This document shows positions 8,984-16,184 of a stretch of DNA of 64,000 bases, one piece after another. The notes under the pieces were generated by a model, which had not been told where the DNA came from, ran no database searches, and saw only the letters and a program-made list of their open reading frames with translations. The translations under genes and the position numbers were made by a program. Origin of the DNA: a virus (Duplodnaviria > Caudoviricetes); IMG/VR virus record IMGVR_UViG_3300013947_000027, positions 38,033-102,032 of that record; one strand, 5' to 3'. Within the stretch, counting starts at the first letter, position 1. Every line of letters begins with the position of its first letter.

Positions 8984-9796
8984 CTAGTATTCGAGGTAGC
9001 CTATGACTGGTTCCATTGGAAAATGAATAATCGTGCATTCTAATCCTTGACTTTCTTCAGATTCCTCGTCAATGACTATCTCCTCGTAGTCAAATTCGAT
9101 CCATGGATGCCAGTACATTTCCTCGATCTGACCGCAAGCCCATCCTACATTTTCATACTCTGGCTTCTGCTCCAAACCAAGAAGTTCGTAATATTCGTTG
9201 AGACAAACAGCGCCATTAACGTACATAGCTCTATTAGCCTCATACTGAGCCCACATGACAGTCTCTTTGGTTGATTCGAAGTATCTTCCTGAATAGAAAT
9301 CGTAGAATAGTTCTTTGTTATTGTCAGATAAATCTACGTCACCCGCATACTTGTCTTTAGCGATCTCGCCACGAATGTTCTTGCCAGCTTCTTCTCCATA
9401 CAATTCGTCCGTTTTCTTCTTATACTCCTTATAAGAATTGTCAAGTAACGCATACGCACTCATAAGAGACGCCTGCTGACGTTTACTAATAACGTTAGAT
9501 CCGAATATGCACACAATTGTAGCAGCTCCAGTAATTATAGATGGGATGTAAACTGGGCCGGCTATTTTGATTTTTTCCCATTTGGTTAATTCTTCTCCTT
9601 TCTTCTCTTTTGCATCTTCAAGTAACGATAATGCTTTCGGTGTTTCTTTGGCTACCATAACTGCTGTAGTTACTACTCCAGTTGCACCTATACAAGTTAA
9701 TATTGTAGATGCGTTACGTTTAATGAATTGTTGTAAATCCATTTCTTTCCACTCCTCGGGTTTAGGGTATGTGTCAAAAATAAAAGAGAGAATCAA
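8984..9796 (-). CDS. DUF6353-like protein, paralogue 3 (true start probably MDLQQF, a little downstream)
   Basis: RNASTILTCIGATG...VCLNEYY...VGW. Confidence 0.75.
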   Translation of the reverse strand: MILSFIFDTYPKPEEWKEMDLQQFIKRNASTILTCIGATGVVTTAVMVAKETPKALSLLEDAKEKKGEELTKWEKIKIAGPVYIPSIITGAATIVCIFGSNVISKRQQASLMSAYALLDNSYKEYKKKTDELYGEEAGKNIRGEIAKDKYAGDVDLSDNNKELFYDFYSGRYFESTKETVMWAQYEANRAMYVNGAVCLNEYYELLGLEQKPEYENVGWACGQIEEMYWHPWIEFDYEEIVIDEESEESQGLECTIIHFPMEPVIGYLEY

Positions 9797-9974
9797 TCAT
9801 TCCACTCGAAGGACGCCGATATTTCCCTCAGGCTCATGGTCAATCTTTCGATTGAGCTCATCTTTTCAGATCTAGCCTCGTTCATAATCTTTCGATTATT
9901 ATCTCCTTCCCGATGCGGTACCAATGATTGTTGGCCCTCCAACTTCACTGCCCTTTCGAGTGTTATATTCTCTC
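9782..9974 (-). ncRNA. Putative structured ncRNA A (cassette 3)
   Basis: 5'/3' closing helices GAGAGAAT/ATTCTCTC and CACTCGAA/TTCGAGTG, three GAAA-tetraloop hairpins and a 3' U-tract. Confidence 0.7.
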
Positions 9975-10000
9975 ATATTAGGGCCTGTAAATTTCGCGAA
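9973..10000 (-). promoter_or_regulatory. 28-bp motif, copy 3
   Basis: TTCGCGAAATTTACAGGCCCTAATATGA. Confidence 0.8.
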
Positions 10001-10036
10001 CCGTTGATTAGGCGAAAATAAAAAAGAAGGAGCTCA

Positions 10037-10225
10037 TTACTGAGCTTCCTCCTTCTCGTCAGAACTTGCAATGAGGTTCTCCATCTTCTTACTGTTGTAC
10101 TTGAACCATGCAACTTCTGCGCCGACGATGGCCGCATTCAACAGGATCGCACCTTTCCAATGCTTCTTGTAGAATCGGCCAGTCTCCTTACAGAGTTCAC
10201 CATAGTCCTTCCAAAACTGTTTCAT
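10037..10225 (-). CDS. Small protein (cassette 4; MKQFWKDY...)
   Basis: AAGGAGG RBS before the ATG at 10225; terminator hairpin overlaps the stop. Confidence 0.8.
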   Translation of the reverse strand: MKQFWKDYGELCKETGRFYKKHWKGAILLNAAIVGAEVAWFKYNSKKMENLIASSDEKEEAQ

Positions 10226-10250
10226 TTTGAATTCCTCCTTTAATATTCTT

Positions 10251-10278
10251 CCATAATAGGAGCTGTAAATCTCGCGAA
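10251..10278 (-). promoter_or_regulatory. 28-bp motif, copy 4
   Basis: TTCGCGAGATTTACAGCTCCTATTATGG. Confidence 0.8.
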
Positions 10279-10311
10279 AAAAATAAAGAGAAGGAGTCCC
10301 TGTTATAGGAC

Positions 10312-10485
10312 TCACTTCTTCTTTCTAAGTCGCTTGACAATCGTAATGATCAGCCACACGATTAAGCCGAATACGATAAAGTCGCCAAACACGATGATAA
10401 ACCAGTTTCCTGCTGCAATAGAAGCAAACAAGCCAACCACCGCAACGGCGATTAACGCAACGAGCAAAATAATAAATGTGATCAT
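10312..10485 (-). CDS. Two-TM small protein, 57 aa (cassette 5; MITFIILLVALIAVAVVGLF...KRLRKKK)
   Basis: Hand-translated; AAGGAG RBS; terminator at 10291-10317. Confidence 0.8.
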   Translation of the reverse strand: MITFIILLVALIAVAVVGLFASIAAGNWFIIVFGDFIVFGLIVWLIITIVKRLRKKK

Positions 10486-10501
10486 TATTAATCAACTCCT
10501 T

Positions 10502-10529
10502 CCATAATAGGAGCTGTTAATGTCGCGAA
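10502..10529 (-). promoter_or_regulatory. 28-bp motif, copy 5
   Basis: TTCGCGACATTAACAGCTCCTATTATGG. Confidence 0.8.
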
Positions 10530-10531
10530 TT

Positions 10532-10891
10532 TTATATAAGCCGTCTATCAAAAGATGTTTCCCAGCGTTCTTTTGGCAATGGTTTCATCTTAAGACCCCA
10601 CATAATTTGCCTAATAGAGACCGTAGGATATAAGTTGTCAATACATTCTCCAGCACGTTCGTTAAAAAACTCCTCAAACCTGTTATGTAAATACAAGTCG
10701 TCAACTAACCACGGATCTATGTCCGTCCAATACGTCGATTTAGTCTCTTCGTCATATCTTTGCTGGATTACTGCAAGACCTTTCTCGTTTATTTTGAATA
10801 ACGTGCATGTATTATACACAGAATGATCACAAATATATGTGTCGCCATATATAGTTGAATAGATTTCAGGTTTCTTGTAGTGGTATCTCAC
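10532..10891 (-). CDS. Hypothetical phage protein
   Basis: 119-aa ORF, GTG start, AAAGGAG RBS. Confidence 0.7.
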   Translation of the reverse strand: MRYHYKKPEIYSTIYGDTYICDHSVYNTCTLFKINEKGLAVIQQRYDEETKSTYWTDIDPWLVDDLYLHNRFEEFFNERAGECIDNLYPTVSIRQIMWGLKMKPLPKERWETSFDRRLI

Positions 10892-10940
10892 ACTAGAGGG
10901 CTCCTTTCTGGAAAAATAGAAGGGGCCGAAGCCCCCGCTA

Positions 10941-11006
10941 TTACTTAGAACTCTTGCCGATCAAAAATACTCCGACCAACACTAATGTGATTCCAATCCA
11001 CAGCAT
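10941..11006 (-). CDS. 21-aa single-TM micropeptide MLWIGITLVLVGVFLIGKSSK (cassette 6)
   Basis: AAGGAGG RBS; followed by the GGGGC-TTCG-GCCCC terminator at 10912-10936. Confidence 0.75.
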   Translation of the reverse strand: MLWIGITLVLVGVFLIGKSSK

Positions 11007-11037
11007 TATATCATCCTCCTTGATTCTACATTCCGTT

Positions 11038-11065
11038 CCATAATAGGGCCTGTGAATCTCGCGAA
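11038..11065 (-). promoter_or_regulatory. 28-bp motif, copy 6
   Basis: TTCGCGAGATTCACAGGCCCTATTATGG. Confidence 0.8.
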
Positions 11066-11075
11066 ATGCAAAATT

Positions 11076-11218
11076 AAAAGAAAGAGAGGCGGCTCACCTG
11101 TTAACCATTAAGTCACTCCGTACCTCGATAGCCGTCAGCTAAACCTTCAAGGGTGACACCTTATTTCAACGTCGCCGTTTGCACATTTATAACGGTTGTT
11201 TCCGTAACGTCTCTTTCT
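11076..11218 (-). ncRNA. Putative structured ncRNA B (cassette 7)
   Basis: Closing helix AGAAAGAGA/TCTCTTTCT plus U-tract; inner stems CCGTT/AACGG, GTCAC/GTGAC and TAGC/GCTA; no RBS-led ORF. Confidence 0.6.
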
Positions 11219-11244
11219 ATAATAGGGGCTGCTAATATCGTGAA
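11217..11244 (-). promoter_or_regulatory. 28-bp motif, copy 7 (degenerate)
   Basis: TTCACGATATTAGCAGCCCCTATTATAG. Confidence 0.7.
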
Positions 11245-11303
11245 TTGAATGCTCGGAGCAAAAAAGAAGAGGCCATGTTTCCACAGCCTCTGTCTTTCGT
11301 ACG

Positions 11304-11663
11304 TCAGTTCCTACTTCTAAAGTTGAATAACTTATCCATGAACTTCCGTCCCACAGTCGTGGTAACCGTGTTCTCATCCTCGAAGTACAAACTTGCCTTC
11401 ACGCCCCACAAGGTTACGCCGAGCGGCAGAACAATCGCACCAACGTCGATAAGATTCCTAATCAACCGAGCCTTGCGTTCCTCTTTCATCTGTTTCTCGT
11501 TCTGAGATTCAGACGATTCGAGTTTCTCAATCTCGATTGCTCGATCCATCAACTTAGTGACACTGTTCACCACAGCTTCGTATTCCTTACTGGTAGGATC
11601 CAGCTCGTTTGCAGCATCAAGTCTTTCCTCGATTTCCATCTGCAGCTTCGTAGTCATACTCAT
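11304..11663 (-). CDS. Coiled-coil protein with C-terminal hydrophobic segment (cassette 8)
   Basis: AAGGAG RBS; terminator at 11260-11292. Confidence 0.8.
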   Translation of the reverse strand: MSMTTKLQMEIEERLDAANELDPTSKEYEAVVNSVTKLMDRAIEIEKLESSESQNEKQMKEERKARLIRNLIDVGAIVLPLGVTLWGVKASLYFEDENTVTTTVGRKFMDKLFNFRSRN

Positions 11664-11701
11664 ATCGATTCACTCCTTTAATTTCGTCGAACTTATACGT
11701 C

Positions 11702-11729
11702 CCATAATAGAGCCTGTTAATCGCGCGAA
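11702..11729 (-). promoter_or_regulatory. 28-bp motif, copy 8 (overlaps the 3' end of the upstream gene)
   Basis: TTCGCGCGATTAACAGGCTCTATTATGG. Confidence 0.8.
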
Positions 11730-11974
11730 AGATAGTTCTTATCCACAACTTTGAGCATAACAACATTCTTCTTAGAAATAGAATCAATTGTAGCTCCTTG
11801 AAGTTCCAAGAACGGTCTCGGCGGCTCGTCGGGTTCTGAGCGATCAATTCTGAGATAGCCAACTGATTGTTCCTCGACTGTTTTCCTCATTCGTCCCATG
11901 CTAATAAAGATACCGACGAATACTCCGATGATTGCTCCGACCAGCAGAGCGATTCCAATTGCCAAATACTCCAT
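11717..11974 (-). CDS. Small protein with N-terminal TM helix
   Basis: MEYLAIGIALLVGAIIGVFVGIFI; AAAGGAG RBS. Confidence 0.8.
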   Translation of the reverse strand: MEYLAIGIALLVGAIIGVFVGIFISMGRMRKTVEEQSVGYLRIDRSEPDEPPRPFLELQGATIDSISKKNVVMLKVVDKNYLSRD

Positions 11975-12192
11975 ACTTTCTCCTTTCGAAAATTGAAATG
12001 TTTTTCAAAAATTCCTTGGCGGGAAATTTTCGCCTTATAAAAGTAGCATTGTTTTCCGTAACCTACATTCGGATTTTCTAAGCTAGAATAAAAGCGTCTA
12101 ATCTAGGTTAGACGAGCAAAGAGAAGAAAAAACTAAAAGACCTTGATGTAATCTCAATCTTTTAGTCTATTTTGTGTTTGCGTGCATTTGCA

Positions 12193-12312
12193 TTAGCCGA
12201 TATGTACGTCATTAGTTTCATCCTCCATTTTCTTCAGCTCTTCCTTTTTGGTGAGCTTTTCAACGAAAGATAAACCAACATATATCGTAGCTAAAAAAGC
12301 AATATACATCAT
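12193..12312 (-). CDS. 39-aa single-TM peptide (cassette 9; MMYIAFLATIYVGLSFVEKL...)
   Basis: AAAGGAG RBS. An overlapping 16-aa ORF (12162-12212, GGAGG RBS) follows, then a terminator at about 12125-12166. Confidence 0.7.
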   Translation of the reverse strand: MMYIAFLATIYVGLSFVEKLTKKEELKKMEDETNDVHIG

Positions 12313-12333
12313 AGTAAACACACTCCTTTCTTC

Positions 12334-12361
12334 TCATAATATGGAGTGTTAATTTCGCGAA
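12334..12361 (-). promoter_or_regulatory. 28-bp motif, copy 9
   Basis: TTCGCGAAATTAACACTCCATATTATGA. Confidence 0.8.
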
Positions 12362-12434
12362 TTGTAACTAAAAAAGAAAAGGGAATCTGTTAAGACTCCC
12401 TAATCTTTGGTTAGTGGTTGAATTTATGCTAATT

Positions 12435-12515
12435 TTAGAAAATGAATTCGATCGACTGGACACAGCCGTATTCGTCAACAGTGGTAATCTGTTCCGGATA
12501 GCTAATGCTAGTCAT
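12435..12515 (-). CDS. 26-aa peptide MTSISYPEQITTVDEYGCVQSIEFIF (cassette 10)
   Basis: GGAGGAG RBS; terminator GGGAGTC-TTAACA-GATTCCC at 12370-12400. Confidence 0.65.
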   Translation of the reverse strand: MTSISYPEQITTVDEYGCVQSIEFIF

Positions 12516-12567
12516 AGTTAACTCCTCCATATGTAAAATTTAGTTTTTAAATTCCAACCATTTCTTC

Positions 12568-12595
12568 CCATAATATGGAGTGTTAATTTCGCGAA
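12568..12595 (-). promoter_or_regulatory. 28-bp motif, copy 10
   Basis: TTCGCGAAATTAACACTCCATATTATGG; nearly identical to copy 9. Confidence 0.8.
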
Positions 12596-12601
12596 TTCAG
12601 C

Positions 12602-12820
12602 TTAATTAATTCTAGGTTTCTTTCTGTCGCAATAGAATACAGATTCTATTTTAGTCTTTCCTACAAAATATCTATAATCGAAATCGTACTTAGCAGGATT
12701 GAAAGTCCATATTCTTTCACGGCTACCGTCCTCATATATTACGACAATCTCTGCTGTGTCGAATCGTTTATTATTTATAAAACATTTTGAAACAATGTCA
12801 TATAATTTAGGATCCATCAA
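12602..12820 (-). CDS. Hypothetical protein
   Basis: 72-aa ORF coupled to the upstream gene. Confidence 0.7.
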   Translation of the reverse strand: MMDPKLYDIVSKCFINNKRFDTAEIVVIYEDGSRERIWTFNPAKYDFDYRYFVGKTKIESVFYCDRKKPRIN

Positions 12821-13251
12821 ATATTCCGCTCCCTTGTTTCATTTAGCAGCCAAAAGAACCTTCTGTATCTGTCATAGTACATGTCTTTTCCGCAAGGTAT
12901 TCCCATTGCAGTTCTTAAATAAATGTAAGACCGTTCCTCTGTCACTCCTTTTACAATATAGTCGTGCAAGTATGGGTCTGCCTCAAGCGCAGTCTTTTCA
13001 ATTAACTTAATGCGATCTGAATAAAATACTTTCATCATAGCTCTTTGAGCGATTGGATCACTATCGTTAGGGAAATTATTTGTAGGCGTTGCGTCAACCA
13101 TTGACAGTGGTGGATTCTCATTGGAAAGATCCGAGTAAATCTTTTTCCATTCGGGGTATTGTAAGCAGAAGTGCTTTAATTCGTAATATCGGTGCTTGCT
13201 GATCCAGTATTTGTTCTTTGGCGAAATTTCAGCTCTTATCACAGTTGCCAT
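12817..13251 (-). CDS. Putative transcriptional activator (RinA/ArpU-like)
   Basis: ELKHFCLQYPEWKK start and C-terminal HTH-like YYDRYRRFFWLL; lies in the cro operon. Confidence 0.55.
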   Translation of the reverse strand: MATVIRAEISPKNKYWISKHRYYELKHFCLQYPEWKKIYSDLSNENPPLSMVDATPTNNFPNDSDPIAQRAMMKVFYSDRIKLIEKTALEADPYLHDYIVKGVTEERSYIYLRTAMGIPCGKDMYYDRYRRFFWLLNETRERNI

Positions 13252-13390
13252 TTTGACTTTTCTCCTTCGTTTTATTCTTTCTACATTTCTCTGCTTTCTT
13301 TAAGAAAATAATAGTGGCTTCTTCAATCTTTGTTCGATCAACTTCGCCACGTATTCGAACAATCGCATTCTCATATCTGTATTCTTCTAT
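13229..13390 (-). CDS. 53-aa basic protein with non-canonical ATA start (or GTG 9 nt upstream)
   Basis: Hand-translated (I)EEYRYENAIVRIRGEVDR...; GAGGGTG RBS 6 nt before ATA. Confidence 0.5.
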   Translation of the reverse strand: MEEYRYENAIVRIRGEVDRTKIEEATIIFLKKAEKCRKNKTKEKSQNGNCDKS

Positions 13391-13408
13391 AAATGTCACC
13401 CTCTAAAG

Positions 13409-13776
13409 TTGCATTCAACGCAATGGCTAAAATAAGAAAATCTCAAGTGCTTCTTCATCTGTAAGTTCAAGTACGTCTTTCATCTGAATCGCTTCTCCGA
13501 TTGTTATCTTTAGTGGAGCTCGGAGCTTACGATATAACGTTGGACCAGTCATCCCAATAATTTCAGCTAACTGCTCCACATTCATTTCTCGTTCAACGAT
13601 TTTTGCTTTAAGTTTGTTCATGTTCATTTATGTCACCTCTTTCCGTTGCGTTCCGTGCAACACATACAAGATAGCATCGTTTTACTTTTTATGTCAATAT
13701 TTTTTTGCGTAAAATGCAACGTGTTTTATTCTCAGTTTTAAATAATTTGCATACTTGCAATTCTTAGTGTTATACT
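13409..13776. promoter_or_regulatory. Genetic switch: TTGC-N7-GCAA operators and divergent sigma-A promoters
   Basis: Operators at 13409-13423, 13646-13660, 13705-13719 and an N6 variant at 13747-13760. Leftward TTGACA (13697-13692) and TGnTATCTT; rightward TGnTATACT (13768-13776). Confidence 0.7.
13427..13627 (-). CDS. Cro-like XRE HTH regulator
   Basis: MNVEQLAEIIGMTGPTLYRKL; divergent from the repressor. Confidence 0.85.
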   Translation of the reverse strand: MNMNKLKAKIVEREMNVEQLAEIIGMTGPTLYRKLRAPLKITIGEAIQMKDVLELTDEEALEIFLF

Positions 13777-13795
13777 ATCAACTGAAAGAAAGGAA

Positions 13796-14362
13796 GTGCA
13801 TGATATGAACATAGGAAATCGAATAAAAGAAAGAAGAAAAGAACTAAATATGTCAGTTGAGGAATTAGCTAAAAGACTGAATAAAAATCGAACAACCGTT
13901 TATCGCTATGAGAAAGGAGATATAGAAAACCTTCCAATCGACATTCTTGATCCACTAGCAAAAGCATTAGAGACAACTCCGGCGTACTTAATGGGTTGGG
14001 ATAATAAGCCAAATAAAGACACTGCTACAATTGGCGAGTTGCTTAAGATGATGAGAACTAATCGAAACATGACTATCGAGGAATATTCACGAGAGATAGG
14101 TATATCTGCTGAGGATTTACGTATGTATGAATCCGGAGAAAAATACATACCTCTTTCTGTAATCCACACAATTGCGGAATACTATCGTCTTTCACTGGAG
14201 AGTGTCAGAGTAGGTAACCCTGAGGTTAATAAAGAAGGAAATATTCGCCTCGAACGCTTTAAGACTTGGGCTGAAAATTTTGGTGACCTGGAACTTACTG
14301 ATGAGGAGCATGACAAGATTGTTGAGTACACGAAATTCCTAATCTACATAAGAGAAAAATAA
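13796..14362 (+). CDS. CI-like repressor with two tandem XRE HTH domains
   Basis: IKERRKELNMSVEELAKRL...YRYEKG and LKMMRTNRNMTIEEYSREIG...MYESG. Confidence 0.85.
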   Translation: MHDMNIGNRIKERRKELNMSVEELAKRLNKNRTTVYRYEKGDIENLPIDILDPLAKALETTPAYLMGWDNKPNKDTATIGELLKMMRTNRNMTIEEYSREIGISAEDLRMYESGEKYIPLSVIHTIAEYYRLSLESVRVGNPEVNKEGNIRLERFKTWAENFGDLELTDEEHDKIVEYTKFLIYIREK

Positions 14363-14489
14363 AAGAGAATGTGTAGTCTTGTACAGTTCATTTCCTGTCC
14401 GAGAGTCGCTCGGTCTTATTTCTTATATGACGGCATCTCAGCCGACGGGACTTTCACCCGTAACTCATTACTGCTACTTCATTTTCTCC
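14361..14489 (-). ncRNA. Putative structured ncRNA C (cassette 11)
   Basis: Closing GAGAA..ATG/CATTCTC and GTAG/CTAC; hairpins ACGGG-TGAAAGT-CCCGT, CGGC-TGAGAT-GCCG, CCGAG/CTCGG and ACAG/CTGT; U-tract. Confidence 0.7.
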
Positions 14490-14515
14490 ATAATAGAAGC
14501 TGTTATTTACGCGAA
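14488..14515 (-). promoter_or_regulatory. 28-bp motif, copy 11
   Basis: TTCGCGTAAATAACAGCTTCTATTATGG. Confidence 0.8.
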
Positions 14516-14578
14516 GGGAGGTGATGCCTATGTAATCACAGCGCCGCAACGAGAGTAAACTAACAGGAGGAATAGAAA

Positions 14579-16159
14579 GTGACAATATTCGAAAAGAACG
14601 GGATAATCGATAACTCTATGCCTACCCGCATGGATAAATATGTGATTTATTTGCGCAAATCTCGTGCAGATGTAGAAGCCGAGAAACTAGGCGAAGGAGA
14701 AACCTTAGCTCGGCATAAAAAGATACTTACAGAGCTTGCTGCAAGAAAAGGCTTGTATATCGAGAAAATATACGAAGAAATTGTCTCTGGGGAAACCATC
14801 GAGGCTAGACCTGAGATCCAGAAGATGATCAAAGAATGCTATGAGGGCAAATATAAAGGAATAATTATTGTCGAGGTAACTCGTCTGTCTCGTGGTAACC
14901 AGGGTGATGCTCAGACTATTCTAGATTGCTTGAAATATTCGAATCGTAATAATGGGGTGTTAGTAATCACACCGACTAAAACATACGACGTTGCTCACTC
15001 TCAAGAAGATGAAGAATACATGGAGTTTGAATTGTTTATGTCTCGTAGAGAATATAAGATGATTCAGAAGCGTATGGATCGTGGTCGTAAGCAAGCAGTT
15101 GTAGAAGGAAATTTTATGGGAAGCTACAGACCATATGGATATGATATTGTCAAAACTAAAACAAGCAGAACACTTATACCCAATGAAAATGAAGCACCGA
15201 TTGTTAAACAAATGTTTGACTGGTCTGCTAATGAAAATTTGACACCATATAAGATTGCTCAGCGATTAGAGAATATGGGTATTCCTACTTATTATGGAGA
15301 TGGCGAATGGTCGAAAGATACTGTTAAAACTATTTTGACGAATCCTACGTATATGGGGAAAGTTAAGTGGAACGATCGTATGCAAATCAAAACTATGGTT
15401 GACGGAGAGCTTGTAACATCAAGACCTCGATCGAATCATACTGATCACTACATGGAATATGATGGTAAACATAAGAAGTATGCACTAATAGACGAAGAGA
15501 CTTTTAATAAAGTAAGATCTCGATTCGGAGTTGATAGAACAAAGTCAGGGCTTAAGTTAACAAATATATTGGCTGGAATATTCAGGTGCAAAAACTGTGG
15601 ACGTGCAATGGGCTATCAATCATATAAACAACGTAAAACGCCAACTGCTCCAAGATACTTACATGCCGAGTCTCAAAAATGTAAAGTGAAATCAGTTGTA
15701 GCCGATGATGTTTATAAAGCTCTGATTCATGCTCTTAAAATGTATATAGAAGACTTCGAGGTTAAACTTGACAATCTTCCAGAGACAAATGAAAATGAAA
15801 TAGATAAGCAGATAGAGATATTGAATCGAGAGACAGCTAAAATAAAAAGGAAGCTATCTAAACTCTTTGATTCCTGGGAGGATGAGGCTATTACAGACAA
15901 CGAATTTGTCGAACGTAAAGCAGTGCATAATAATCGTATTGAGAAAATTAAGCAACAGATTGAAGATTTGGAATACTCAATTCCAGAAAAAGAAGAATAT
16001 CAAGAAAAGATCATTCTTCTATCTGAAGCTCTTAAAGCTATCAGAGACGACTCATTGGATGCTGATATCAAGAACGAGTATCTTAAGAGAATCATTGATA
16101 CAATAGAGTTTAGTAGAGAAAATAACTCGGAATTTATACTTGATATAACCCTACACTAA
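14579..16159 (+). CDS. int: Large serine integrase
   Basis: YLRKS catalytic Ser motif, VSG, RLSR, PYGY, recombinase domain, CKNCG zinc ribbon and coiled coil. Confidence 0.95.
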   Translation: MTIFEKNGIIDNSMPTRMDKYVIYLRKSRADVEAEKLGEGETLARHKKILTELAARKGLYIEKIYEEIVSGETIEARPEIQKMIKECYEGKYKGIIIVEVTRLSRGNQGDAQTILDCLKYSNRNNGVLVITPTKTYDVAHSQEDEEYMEFELFMSRREYKMIQKRMDRGRKQAVVEGNFMGSYRPYGYDIVKTKTSRTLIPNENEAPIVKQMFDWSANENLTPYKIAQRLENMGIPTYYGDGEWSKDTVKTILTNPTYMGKVKWNDRMQIKTMVDGELVTSRPRSNHTDHYMEYDGKHKKYALIDEETFNKVRSRFGVDRTKSGLKLTNILAGIFRCKNCGRAMGYQSYKQRKTPTAPRYLHAESQKCKVKSVVADDVYKALIHALKMYIEDFEVKLDNLPETNENEIDKQIEILNRETAKIKRKLSKLFDSWEDEAITDNEFVERKAVHNNRIEKIKQQIEDLEYSIPEKEEYQEKIILLSEALKAIRDDSLDADIKNEYLKRIIDTIEFSRENNSEFILDITLH

Positions 16160-16184
16160 AATTGTGTGGGATAATTTTTGCCTG

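Noticed and set aside
12030-12062. Thirteenth copy of the 28-bp motif
   Set aside because: Lacks both TCGCG and the ACA core; only AT-rich resemblance.
9782-14489. Known self-cleaving ribozyme (hammerhead, twister, pistol) among the three ncRNAs
   Set aside because: Conserved cores such as CUGANGA/GAAA were not found in the required arrangement by eye; a covariance search is still needed.
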